This document shows, piece after piece, positions 5,790 through 13,684 of a DNA stretch of 30,640 nucleotides; the first letter of the stretch is position 1, and every line of letters starts with the position of its first letter. This stretch comes from a virus (taxonomy: Duplodnaviria > Caudoviricetes): positions 1-30,640 of the IMG/VR virus record IMGVR_UViG_3300032290_000817. One strand, written 5' to 3'. Below the pieces are notes generated by a model. The model ran no database searches. It saw nothing but the letters and a program-made list of their open reading frames with translations, and was not told the DNA's origin. The position numbers were made by a program, and so were the translations under genes.

Positions 5790-8075
5790 TCAGTAGAGTC
5801 CCGCGAGGCTCTTGCCGGCTTCGGCATACGTGACTTTGTGGCGGCGCTCATCGAGGCCATCGACACAAACAATTGCACCTTGATCCACCCAAACCTTGAT
5901 AATCTGATCGACTTTTGCGACGGCAACCTTATCAACTCCACCTCTCAAATCAACCCCCAAGATGGTCGAAACATAATTCCCAACCCAATTTTTAGACCGC
6001 TTATCCATACGAAGGTTCGACGTATTTGGAGTGCCGTCTGAGTTTCGTGCCTGACTTGCGAGGTGGCGCAAGACAACTGAAACATGATCCCCGGTCACTC
6101 CGTCCATCGCATTTGGCCACTCCCATTTGGTGACAACACCAACGCTGTCGCCAAATTCTCCGTCTACTCCATTCTCCAAATACACGGATTCCATCTTATA
6201 CCAATCCGCCTTATCAGACGGTAGAGCAAGATTATTCTTGCCATTATTAACCCTGAAATACCTATATCGAGTGTCGACGCCAGCCTTCTCTTGCTCACTC
6301 TCAGACATGCGATTCAGCACCCAAGCGGTGCGAACAGCATCACGAAGCGCAATAGCGCCGCGTCCATCTTCAACCGAAATCTCGGTCTCTGACGTTTTCC
6401 GGGCGTGATGCACGACGTTGATGGCGCATCCCGTCTCGGCTGCGATGCGGACAAAAGTCTTAGCCACACGGTCGATGGCGTTGTTATCGTTCTCGGTAAC
6501 ACGGTGGCTGGAGACGAAGGGGTCGACCACCCAGTAGTCAATTTTGTTGTCTTTGATCGCCTGCACGCAGGCTTCCACGACTGGCGCATATATGGCTGTG
6601 CCATCTCGCGTCTGCTCTGCGATGGTGATGAGAGCGTCTCTCCCATTGTTCACGAAGAGATATCCATCGAGGTCTGATTTTTTCAGACCGTAGAATTTGG
6701 CAGCAGACTGGATACGGCGTTGCAGTTCTTCCATCGGGTCTTCACCATTATAGAGCCACACGCGCAGCTTGCCGGGTGGCTGGATGCCGAGGAGGGGCTT
6801 GCCTGACGCCATGGCCAGGGCTTCCGCAATCATCAGTGCCGACTTCCCCAGGCCACCTGGGGCGATGGTCATCGAGAGCATGGTGCGGAGGTATTTGTAG
6901 CCGTAGAGCCATTTGCGGGGCGTGATTTGGGTAGGGTCGATCCACTCATATTTGGGGGCATAGACCATGCCTCCTGATGCTGGCGCGGCACTGGCGTCCC
7001 ACTCCTCAGTTGATCCTGATGATATTACGGGGCTTGATGCCGCTATGGGCTTGGCTGCCGGCTTCGCTAGGGGGTCAGTGGCTGATGAGTATGATACGGC
7101 ACTTGGCTGCGGCTTAGGGCGCTCTGGTGGCGCGATGAGGGCATGCCGGGCAACCTTCTCGTCCCACTGATCCATCGCTGCGCGCCATTTTGCCTTCAGC
7201 ATGGTGATGCCTCGCCCCTCACGCTCCAGCAAGGTCTCCTGCGGCGTGCCGGGCTCAACAAGGCGGGACTTCACTCGCAGCAGGTAGGTGCCCCAGGCGG
7301 CCATAAGATCGGCGTCACCGACTGGCTTGATGGGACAATCCCGGTATAAATTGACGACGGCTGCCCAGACGATCCGCGTCATCACGTCTTCGCGATTGTC
7401 GACTATGACGCCGAAGGCGTCTTTGGCCGTGTCTGGCGTGCCGGTGCGCTCTATCGGCCCCGTGTGGCTACCGCCACCGTATCGCTGGATGAGGTCGTCT
7501 ATGGCTTCCGTCAGCCACCCAGGAGCCTCCTGCACGTCCACTGCGCCCGGCGCCCGTCCTGGCGCCCAGGCGTAGCTGGTGCCGCTCTCGTGGGCGCTAG
7601 GCGGCAGCATGGCGAAGCCACCCTGCCCCCGGATGTCGATGCCTTTGGTTGTCTTGTTGGTAGGTGGCGTCCATCCCTCCGGCGCACGGAAGAACAACTG
7701 GACGCCGCCGCCGCCTGTAATCTGCTTAGGCGTAGCCGGCTCGATCCCATGGCAGTAGGTCGACAGCATCTCCGACCACCACTCGCGGGCAGAGTCCGAC
7801 TTGTAGAGGTCGAGGTCGATGACGAAGACGCCGCTCGAGCAAGACCCGGTAAGGAGACCCATGTTGGTCCGGTCACGCCACTGGCCGTGCGGTCCATACA
7901 TGCCGTCGAAAGCTTCGGCATCGACAAGTTGGTCTTGCAAGTTGCGCCATGGGATGGCTGGCCGCTTCCACTGCTTACCCGGCTCCGGCCGCAGCGCGGG
8001 CACAACCTGCCAACCGGCGGAACGATACAGGCGCGCGTAATCGCTAGGACCGAAGAAATCCATATCAACTGTCAT
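5790..8075 (-). CDS. Bifunctional primase-polymerase (Prim-Pol) fused to an AAA_25/RepA-like helicase
   Basis: Prim-Pol motifs NMGLLTG, VFVIDLD, TGGGGVQLFF, IDIRGQGGFAMLPPSAH. Helicase motifs APGGLGKS (Walker A), YNGED, WVVDP, VVHHARK, GRGAIAL. Start at ATG 8075 avoids overlap with ruvC. Confidence 0.92.
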   Translation of the reverse strand: MTVDMDFFGPSDYARLYRSAGWQVVPALRPEPGKQWKRPAIPWRNLQDQLVDAEAFDGMYGPHGQWRDRTNMGLLTGSCSSGVFVIDLDLYKSDSAREWWSEMLSTYCHGIEPATPKQITGGGGVQLFFRAPEGWTPPTNKTTKGIDIRGQGGFAMLPPSAHESGTSYAWAPGRAPGAVDVQEAPGWLTEAIDDLIQRYGGGSHTGPIERTGTPDTAKDAFGVIVDNREDVMTRIVWAAVVNLYRDCPIKPVGDADLMAAWGTYLLRVKSRLVEPGTPQETLLEREGRGITMLKAKWRAAMDQWDEKVARHALIAPPERPKPQPSAVSYSSATDPLAKPAAKPIAASSPVISSGSTEEWDASAAPASGGMVYAPKYEWIDPTQITPRKWLYGYKYLRTMLSMTIAPGGLGKSALMIAEALAMASGKPLLGIQPPGKLRVWLYNGEDPMEELQRRIQSAAKFYGLKKSDLDGYLFVNNGRDALITIAEQTRDGTAIYAPVVEACVQAIKDNKIDYWVVDPFVSSHRVTENDNNAIDRVAKTFVRIAAETGCAINVVHHARKTSETEISVEDGRGAIALRDAVRTAWVLNRMSESEQEKAGVDTRYRYFRVNNGKNNLALPSDKADWYKMESVYLENGVDGEFGDSVGVVTKWEWPNAMDGVTGDHVSVVLRHLASQARNSDGTPNTSNLRMDKRSKNWVGNYVSTILGVDLRGGVDKVAVAKVDQIIKVWVDQGAIVCVDGLDERRHKVTYAEAGKSLAGLY

Positions 8076-8118
8076 GTATTTTCTTTCGCGGGGAGTTACG
8101 CCGCCGTAGGCGTCATCA

Positions 8119-8652
8119 TCAATCGCGCCGGTCCAGCACAGTCGCGCCATACCATGCCATGAGGGCGGCGTCGGCGCGCCCGTCATGCTTCTTCAGCTTG
8201 AAGAGGCTGGCGTAGGCAGGGAATAACTCCATCGCCCTGGCACGGGCGCCGTCCTTGCCGTCGCGCACCTGACAGGCTGATTGCCAGAGCTTGGGCGGGA
8301 CGATGGTGACGGGGTAGCAGTAGGCTGCCAGGACACCTTCAACGATGCCGACTGACCGGCCGAAGGAGAACATGGACGTGACGCCCTGGCCGGGCATGGC
8401 GCCGACCCGCTCCATGATGACTTTCGGGATAGGCTGGAGGTGCTGGAAATCCGATAGCTGATTGGCCATCATGATTGGCGACAGTTCATGCTTGGTTTTG
8501 CCGTTGCGCGTGATTTCCAGCGTCGGCATGTCGAAGATATCGAGGCGCCCTGCGCGCGGGCGAAAGACGGCAATGGCTCCTGACTTTCCGGGGTCGATAC
8601 CGATAAATGCTTGATTTGATGCAGTTATTTGACCGTTCACGGGTATTCTCAT
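8119..8652 (-). CDS. ruvC: RuvC-like Holliday junction resolvase
   Basis: FIGIDPGKSGAIA, IMERV, QGVTSMFSFG, DGRADAALMA. Confidence 0.88.
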   Translation of the reverse strand: MRIPVNGQITASNQAFIGIDPGKSGAIAVFRPRAGRLDIFDMPTLEITRNGKTKHELSPIMMANQLSDFQHLQPIPKVIMERVGAMPGQGVTSMFSFGRSVGIVEGVLAAYCYPVTIVPPKLWQSACQVRDGKDGARARAMELFPAYASLFKLKKHDGRADAALMAWYGATVLDRRD

Positions 8653-8693
8653 CTTTTATGGGTTTTGAAGGTGCGACGGGGCAGAGGCGCGTG

Positions 8694-8915
8694 TCAACCG
8701 CCGTGGGTGGCCCGCTTCCGTTCATACGCGAAGCGCTTCCGCACGAAGTTCAGGGCCAGGAGCGCCCGGTGGCAGGCGGTGCGATGCGCGATGACTTGCC
8801 GATAGGTGCCGGGCGCGATCTGGTGGCTCTCCTCCAGAGTGCGCACCTTCGCGAGATGGTCAGGAGGGTGGCCCATCCACACAGAGCCACAAAATTGTTC
8901 AGTGAAGTCTGGCAT
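8694..8915 (-). CDS. Hypothetical protein (73 aa)
   Basis: GGAGG RBS before ATG 8915; first gene of the leftward replication unit. Confidence 0.6.
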   Translation of the reverse strand: MPDFTEQFCGSVWMGHPPDHLAKVRTLEESHQIAPGTYRQVIAHRTACHRALLALNFVRKRFAYERKRATHGG

Positions 8916-9008
8916 GCGAGCCTCCATACATATATGATGACGCCAAACGTCGGCGCTGTCGAGACGTTGAGATTGTTTTTTGGTTTTGTCAATCTGGTTT
9001 TGTCATGT

Positions 9009-9090
9009 GCCCACATGGCGGAATGGTAGACGCAACGGACTTAAAATTCGTCGCATATGCATGCCGGTTCGAGTCCGGCTGTGGGCACCA
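9009..9090 (+). tRNA. trnL: tRNA-Leu (anticodon UAA) with encoded CCA
   Basis: Acceptor stem GCCCACA/TGTGGGC + A-CCA; D arm GCGGAATGGTAGACGC; anticodon arm ACGGA-CTTAAAA-TTCGT; extended variable region; T arm GCCGG-TTCGAGT-CCGGC. Confidence 0.95.
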
Positions 9091-9121
9091 AAATCTTTTT
9101 CCAAAATTTGGCGAACCCCCG

Positions 9122-9150
9122 TTGACGATGGTTCTCGCGACCGTTATACA
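9122..9150 (+). promoter_or_regulatory. Sigma70-type promoter candidate
   Basis: TTGACG-17-TATACA, followed by a CGCCA/TGGCG hairpin and a GGAGA RBS. Confidence 0.5.
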
Positions 9151-9196
9151 TCTCCCCACGCCAATGATGGCGCCAAAGATGCATATGGAGATACCG

Positions 9197-9481
9197 ATGA
9201 ACGTGTCCAACCTCCCCCTCGCTGACCGTTATGCCGCCGCCAAGGGCGCTCTGGACGCTGCACAGAAGGCGGTGGACGAACTCAAGGCTGAGATCAAGGC
9301 GGCCGGCATCCCCCGTCTGGAGGGTGCGTTCTACGTCGTGGAGGTTGGCCTGTCCGAGCGTGCGACGCTCGACAGCAAGCTGGCCAAGGAGATGCTGAGC
9401 GCGGAGCAGGTTGCGGCCTGCACCAAGGTCTCGATGGTCGAGACCGTTCGCATCAAGCCGATGGCCGCGATCGGCAAGTAA
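9197..9481 (+). CDS. Hypothetical protein (94 aa, MNVSNLPLADRY...)
   Basis: GGAGA RBS and strongly biased codons. The ORF-track extension to 9005 runs through the tRNA and is spurious. Confidence 0.8.
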   Translation: MNVSNLPLADRYAAAKGALDAAQKAVDELKAEIKAAGIPRLEGAFYVVEVGLSERATLDSKLAKEMLSAEQVAACTKVSMVETVRIKPMAAIGK

Positions 9482-9486
9482 TAGGT

Positions 9487-9505
9487 CGGGGGCTTCGGCC
9501 CCCCG
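9487..9505 (+). other. Stable hairpin with a cUUCGg tetraloop after the stop codon
   Basis: CGGGGGC-TTCG-GCCCCCG with no U-tract, so a stabiliser or processing element rather than a clear terminator. Confidence 0.5.
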
Positions 9506-9549
9506 CCACCTACTCCTCTTCTCCTCAAAATAAAAGGTAACCCCACCCC

Positions 9550-10119
9550 ATGATTACCATCAACGACCCCGCCTTGTTCGTCGCCGCCGCCCTCTGCACC
9601 AGCAAGGAACAGACCCGCCCCTACCTCCACGGGGTCTACGTCCAACCAGCCATCGGTGGCGGAATCCTGCTGACCGCAACCGATGCCCATATTCTCTTTC
9701 ATGGTTACGACCCCCATGGCACCGCCGAACGCGCCGCCATCGTGGTTCCTGACAAAAGCAAGCTCCCGGCCCCATGGGCCAAGGGCGGCGCGATAACGGT
9801 TGACCTCGCCCAAGACATTATGCGGCACACAACCGGCGGGCTAATAGCGGGCTGCCGCGAAGAATGCGGCTCTTTCCCCAATTATCCCAACATCATCCCG
9901 CGCGAATTTTCTGGCAAAGTCGCGCAGTTCAACCCGGCCCTTGTGGCGCGGTTCGGCGACATCGCCCAAATCCTAACAAAAGGCAGTTTTCCAGGAGTCC
10001 ACCATAATGGTGATGCTCCTGCTCTTGTGACCTTTGATCGGCGGGATTGCTTCGGCGTTGTCATGCCAATCCGCATAACGGCCGGTCTTTCTATGCCGAC
10101 CCTTCCATCCGCTATTTAA
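9550..10119 (+). CDS. DNA polymerase III beta-clamp-like protein (short, 189 aa)
   Basis: SKEQTRPYLHGVYV, LTATDAHIL, GSFPNYPNIIP, FNP and VVMPIR parallel DnaN middle and C-terminal domain motifs (TRxxLNG, VATDGHRL, GxFPDYxRVIP, VVMPMR). Confidence 0.72.
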   Translation: MITINDPALFVAAALCTSKEQTRPYLHGVYVQPAIGGGILLTATDAHILFHGYDPHGTAERAAIVVPDKSKLPAPWAKGGAITVDLAQDIMRHTTGGLIAGCREECGSFPNYPNIIPREFSGKVAQFNPALVARFGDIAQILTKGSFPGVHHNGDAPALVTFDRRDCFGVVMPIRITAGLSMPTLPSAI

Positions 10120-10160
10120 TATCCCCCCCCCACCACCTACCCCAACATCAGGAGACTACA

Positions 10161-10535
10161 ATGCACAAGCTACCATCTGCCCAAGAGGTCTTTGATATCG
10201 TGGTAACCCACCTCATCACGCAGAGGCGGCCTGCCTACGACAGCAGCAAGTGTTGCATGTATCGTGCGCCAAGCGGTCTGCGCTGCGCCGTCGGGGTGTT
10301 GATCCCAGATGACCTCTACGATAAGGAATTTGAGGGAGACACGTCTGATTGTGTTATCCAAAAGCTTTTTAACAAAGACCTTGCGGATTGGCGCGAACAC
10401 AAAGAATTACTCCTCGCCTTGCAAGAGGTCCACGATGAGTGTTTTGTCATATCAAGAGGCACTTTCAGCATTAAGGATTTGCGCAATCGCCTGCTTGCTG
10501 TCGCAGAAGAGTTTTCTTTGGAGTATCGCCGGTGA
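10161..10535 (+). CDS. Phage hypothetical protein (124 aa; CxYR...CAVG motif)
   Basis: AGGAG RBS before ATG 10161; motif CMYRAPSGLRCAVGVLIPD...LQEVHD. Confidence 0.8.
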   Translation: MHKLPSAQEVFDIVVTHLITQRRPAYDSSKCCMYRAPSGLRCAVGVLIPDDLYDKEFEGDTSDCVIQKLFNKDLADWREHKELLLALQEVHDECFVISRGTFSIKDLRNRLLAVAEEFSLEYRR

Positions 10536-10553
10536 ATATCCCTGCATTCTGAT

Positions 10554-10589
10554 TTGCAAATGCCGGCGATGACCTATATGTAGGTGACA
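10554..10589 (+). promoter_or_regulatory. Early-type promoter cassette
   Basis: TTGCAA-17-TATGTAGGTG; near copy of 11006-11037. Confidence 0.55.
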
Positions 10590-10626
10590 GCCAGGAGGGT
10601 CTGGCTATTAATCAGGAGAGAGAATC

Positions 10627-10920
10627 GTGAGCGACTTTGTCATCAGCAACCACATTCCGGTGCCCGTGAAGCGGATTGTTGCTGTGCGTAAGGGGCGCAA
10701 GGCGCGCTACCCGTTTGAAGCTCTGGAGGTTGGTCAGAGCTTTTTTGTGCCGAACGCTTGCCTTAGCAAGAACGCGCGCAAGGAAGGTCAGATTGTGTTC
10801 TCGGCCGTGCCGGCGCGCAAGCGTCACCCGGATCGCAAGTTCATCTGCCGCGCCGTGGTGGAAGTTGAGCATGGCGTCGAGATTTCTGGCGTTCGCGTTT
10901 GGCGCGTGCCGGCTGAGTAA
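10627..10920 (+). CDS. Small basic putative DNA-binding protein (YPFxxLEVGxSFFVP...GVRVWR family)
   Basis: AGGAG RBS; motif shared with a paralog at 18422-18961. Confidence 0.75.
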   Translation: MSDFVISNHIPVPVKRIVAVRKGRKARYPFEALEVGQSFFVPNACLSKNARKEGQIVFSAVPARKRHPDRKFICRAVVEVEHGVEISGVRVWRVPAE

Positions 10921-10949
10921 TCACACGTAGCTTTGCATTTTAGCGGGTG

Positions 10950-10985
10950 AATGCGCTTGGGGGAAACCTCAGGCGCATTTTTTTG
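10950..10985 (+). terminator. Intrinsic terminator
   Basis: AATGCGCTTGGGG-gaaa-CCTCAGGCGCATT followed by a T-run. Confidence 0.8.
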
Positions 10986-11005
10986 TGTTTTTTGAAAATA
11001 CCATA

Positions 11006-11075
11006 TTGCAAAGTCCGGCTGGTGCTGTATGTAGGTGTCACGGGATTAGCCCGATAAATCGTATGGAGATAGCAC
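11006..11075 (+). promoter_or_regulatory. Early-type promoter/leader cassette for the helicase gene
   Basis: TTGCAA-16-TATGTAGGTG, CGGG-atta-g-CCCG hairpin, GGAGA RBS. Confidence 0.55.
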
Positions 11076-12578
11076 ATGACCTTCACCCCCTCGCCGCAGC
11101 AAGCAGACTTCCTGAACTGGGTGTCTAACGGGTCTGGTTCGTGCGTGCTGGAGGCCGTTGCGGGCGCCGGCAAGACCACCACCCTGCTGGAAGCAGTCGA
11201 CCGCACTGGTGGCGGCGTGGCCATCCTGGCCTACAACAAGATGATTGCGGAGGAGATTAAGGGGAAGCTGCTGAAGCGTGGCGTCGACTGGAAGACGGCC
11301 GAAGCCGGCACCGTCCACAGCTTCGGCTTCCGCGCCTATCGCAAGGCCTTCCCCAAGGTCCAGGTTGAGGGTGGCAAGACGTTTGCTGTCCTGGATCAGA
11401 TGTTCAAGGGCGCACCTGCGCACCACATCAGCCGCACGCATGGCGCCGGCATTGCCAACCTCGTCTCCCTGGCCAAGCAGCGCGCCATTGGCGTGACCGG
11501 CTCCATCGACAACCGCAAGCTGTGGAGCGACATTGTCGACCACTTTGGCCTGTTTGGCGATGATGGCGATGATATGATTGAAGACCTCATCGAGGTCGCC
11601 ATTGCGGCACTGAAGACGTCGAACCTCACCACTGACGTGATCGACTTTGACGACATGGTCTACCTGCCGCTCGTTCATAAGGTGCGCTTCTGGCGCTACA
11701 AGTGGGTTTTCGTTGACGAGGCGCAGGACACCAACCCCGCCCGTCGCGCCCTCGTGAAGGCCATCCTGGCGCCGTCTGGGCGGGTGGTGGCGGTGGGTGA
11801 CCGCGCCCAAGCCATCTACGGCTTCACGGGCGCCGACGCCGACAGCCTTGACCTGATTGCCGACGAGTTCAACGCCATTCGCATGCCGCTGACCACCACC
11901 TACCGCTGCCCCAAGGCGGTTGTCAGCTTTGCCCAGCGTTGGGTCTCGCACATCACGGCGGCTGACACTGCGCCTGAGGGCGAGGTTCTGAGCATCGAGG
12001 CGCGCGAGTTCTTTGAGCGTCAGGATTTGGGGCGTGGGTCTGCCGTCCTGTGCCGCAACACGGCTCCGATCATTAGCCTCGCCTTTCAGCTTATCCGCCA
12101 GGGCATTGGCTGCCGCGTCGAGGGTCGCGACATTGGTCAGGGGCTCATCAAGCTGGCTACGAAGTGGAAGACCGTGAAGACCCTTGCCGGTCTGGAGAGC
12201 GCGCTGGAGAAATGGGCAGACAGGCAGATTGCCCGCGCTCAGGCGAAGAACGCGGCTGCCGTGGCCCAGACCATTGCCGATCAGCGTGAGACGCTTCAGG
12301 TGGTCATCGACCGCTGCCGCGAGCAGAAGCGGGACGGCATCGACCATGTCGTGGATGCCATCAAGGGCATCTTTGAGGACAACGTCACGGGTATGCTGGT
12401 CCTCTCGACCATCCACAAGTCCAAGGGTCGCGAGTGGGATACCGTGTTCTGGCTGGATCGTGACGGCACTTTGCCGAGCAAGTATGCTCGCCAGAAGTGG
12501 CAGCTTCAGCAAGAGGACAACCTCTGCTACGTTGCAGCCACACGCGCTAAGCAATGCCTCATTGAGGTTGTAATTTAG
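11076..12578 (+). CDS. UvrD/Rep-family SF1 DNA helicase
   Basis: AVAGAGKTTT, LAYN, TVHS, VFVDEAQD, AVGDRAQAIYGFTGAD, TYRCP, LCRNTA, STIHKSKGREW, YVAATRAK. Confidence 0.95.
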   Translation: MTFTPSPQQADFLNWVSNGSGSCVLEAVAGAGKTTTLLEAVDRTGGGVAILAYNKMIAEEIKGKLLKRGVDWKTAEAGTVHSFGFRAYRKAFPKVQVEGGKTFAVLDQMFKGAPAHHISRTHGAGIANLVSLAKQRAIGVTGSIDNRKLWSDIVDHFGLFGDDGDDMIEDLIEVAIAALKTSNLTTDVIDFDDMVYLPLVHKVRFWRYKWVFVDEAQDTNPARRALVKAILAPSGRVVAVGDRAQAIYGFTGADADSLDLIADEFNAIRMPLTTTYRCPKAVVSFAQRWVSHITAADTAPEGEVLSIEAREFFERQDLGRGSAVLCRNTAPIISLAFQLIRQGIGCRVEGRDIGQGLIKLATKWKTVKTLAGLESALEKWADRQIARAQAKNAAAVAQTIADQRETLQVVIDRCREQKRDGIDHVVDAIKGIFEDNVTGMLVLSTIHKSKGREWDTVFWLDRDGTLPSKYARQKWQLQQEDNLCYVAATRAKQCLIEVVI

Positions 12579-12586
12579 GAGATGTG

Positions 12587-12754
12587 ATGAAGGACGGAAA
12601 AGAATGGGGCTACTGGCTGGGCGATCAATGGATCGTCCTGCCACGCCTACCTCTAATTAGGGCAGGTTTTTTGGAACCACCCTTTGATGTTGAAAGGCCA
12701 GACGGTAAAATTCTTCACGTCATCGCCAGAAATGTAGTTGACAAGCCTACCTAG
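12587..12754 (+). CDS. Small hypothetical protein (55 aa, MKDGKEWGYWLG...)
   Basis: AGGAG RBS right after the helicase stop; below the ORF-track size cutoff. Confidence 0.5.
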   Translation: MKDGKEWGYWLGDQWIVLPRLPLIRAGFLEPPFDVERPDGKILHVIARNVVDKPT

Positions 12755-12771
12755 TCGGGCAATCATTATAC

Positions 12772-12850
12772 GTCCAATGTTTTCGCATTGGTCCGTTTCC
12801 TCCCTAAACTAGCCGGTCTGATATCTACCCGATATTAGACCGGTCTTTTT
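12772..12850 (+). ncRNA. alpha-r8/MmgR (Rfam suhB)-like small RNA
   Basis: TTGACA at 12738; 5' hairpin CCAATG/CATTGG; single-stranded TTTCCTCCCT core at 12796-12805 in the context GTTTCCTCCCTAAACT; 13-bp terminator stem 12813-12843 plus a T-run; about 79 nt. Confidence 0.7.
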
Positions 12851-12858
12851 GGGAATTG

Positions 12859-13620
12859 ATGGAGAATATATTGGATAACCCGTTTCAGCGATTTGGTATC
12901 GCTCACCTGTCTCCATCGACGGCAAATCTTTTTGCAAAGGCGCCCGCGTCTTTTGTGATGACGAAGATTTTTGGCTTTCGTGGTCAGGTTGGCGTTGCCG
13001 CGTTTCGTGGGACGGCTGTTGAGTCTGGCATTGCCCACGGGCTCGTGAATGGCGCAGAAGTGTCCGAATGCGTCGACCTCGCCAGGAAGGAATTTGCTCG
13101 CCTCAGTGCTTTCTCGACCGATCCTAAGAAGGAGACTGAGCAGGGCAACATCGCCGACATGGTCAAGATTGGTCTATACGAGTTGCTGCCTTATGGGCGG
13201 CCGACTTCGACCCAGGGTGCCGTTCGTGTGGATGTTGATGGGCTGTCTGTTCCCATTATTGGATACTATGACTTCATGTGGGCAGATCACGGCATCATCG
13301 TTGACTTGAAGACAAGCTCTCGCCTGACTAGCAAGGTGGAATCCGCGCATGCCCGTCAGGTGTCGTTGTATTCTCGTGCGATGAACACCAAAGATGCTCG
13401 CATTTGCTACGTGACGCCGAAGAAAAGTGCCGTCTACACGGTTGAAAACCTTGACGGTCACTTCAATTCTCTTGTGCAAATCTCTTTGGCGATGCAGAGT
13501 TTCCTGTCAAAGGCGCAAACAAAGGAGGATGTTGCATCCATGATTGCGCCTGATATTGACAGCTTCTACTACAACGATCCCCTTCAGCGCCAACGCGCTT
13601 TTGAGATTTGGGGGATTTAG
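12859..13620 (+). CDS. PD-(D/E)XK (RecB/Cas4-like) exonuclease
   Basis: HLSPS, RGTAVE, IIGYYD, IVDLKTS, QVSLY; adjacent to a putative SSB. Confidence 0.85.
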   Translation: MENILDNPFQRFGIAHLSPSTANLFAKAPASFVMTKIFGFRGQVGVAAFRGTAVESGIAHGLVNGAEVSECVDLARKEFARLSAFSTDPKKETEQGNIADMVKIGLYELLPYGRPTSTQGAVRVDVDGLSVPIIGYYDFMWADHGIIVDLKTSSRLTSKVESAHARQVSLYSRAMNTKDARICYVTPKKSAVYTVENLDGHFNSLVQISLAMQSFLSKAQTKEDVASMIAPDIDSFYYNDPLQRQRAFEIWGI

Positions 13621-13684
13621 AACTTCGCCCATTGGGGCAAGAGCGAGTGGTGGGCTAGATCACCACATTCTGGAGAATGGTAAA

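Noticed and set aside
9005-9196. N-terminal extension of the 9005-9481 ORF, and the 8989-9210 minus ORF
   Set aside because: Both overlap a canonical tRNA and promoter; the real start is ATG 9197 with a GGAGA RBS.
11046-12644. 532-aa antisense ORF over the UvrD-like helicase
   Set aside because: It has no recognisable motifs or RBS. Strong GC3 bias removes TTA/CTA/TCA codons and produces shadow frames, unlike the intein case where both strands carry family motifs.
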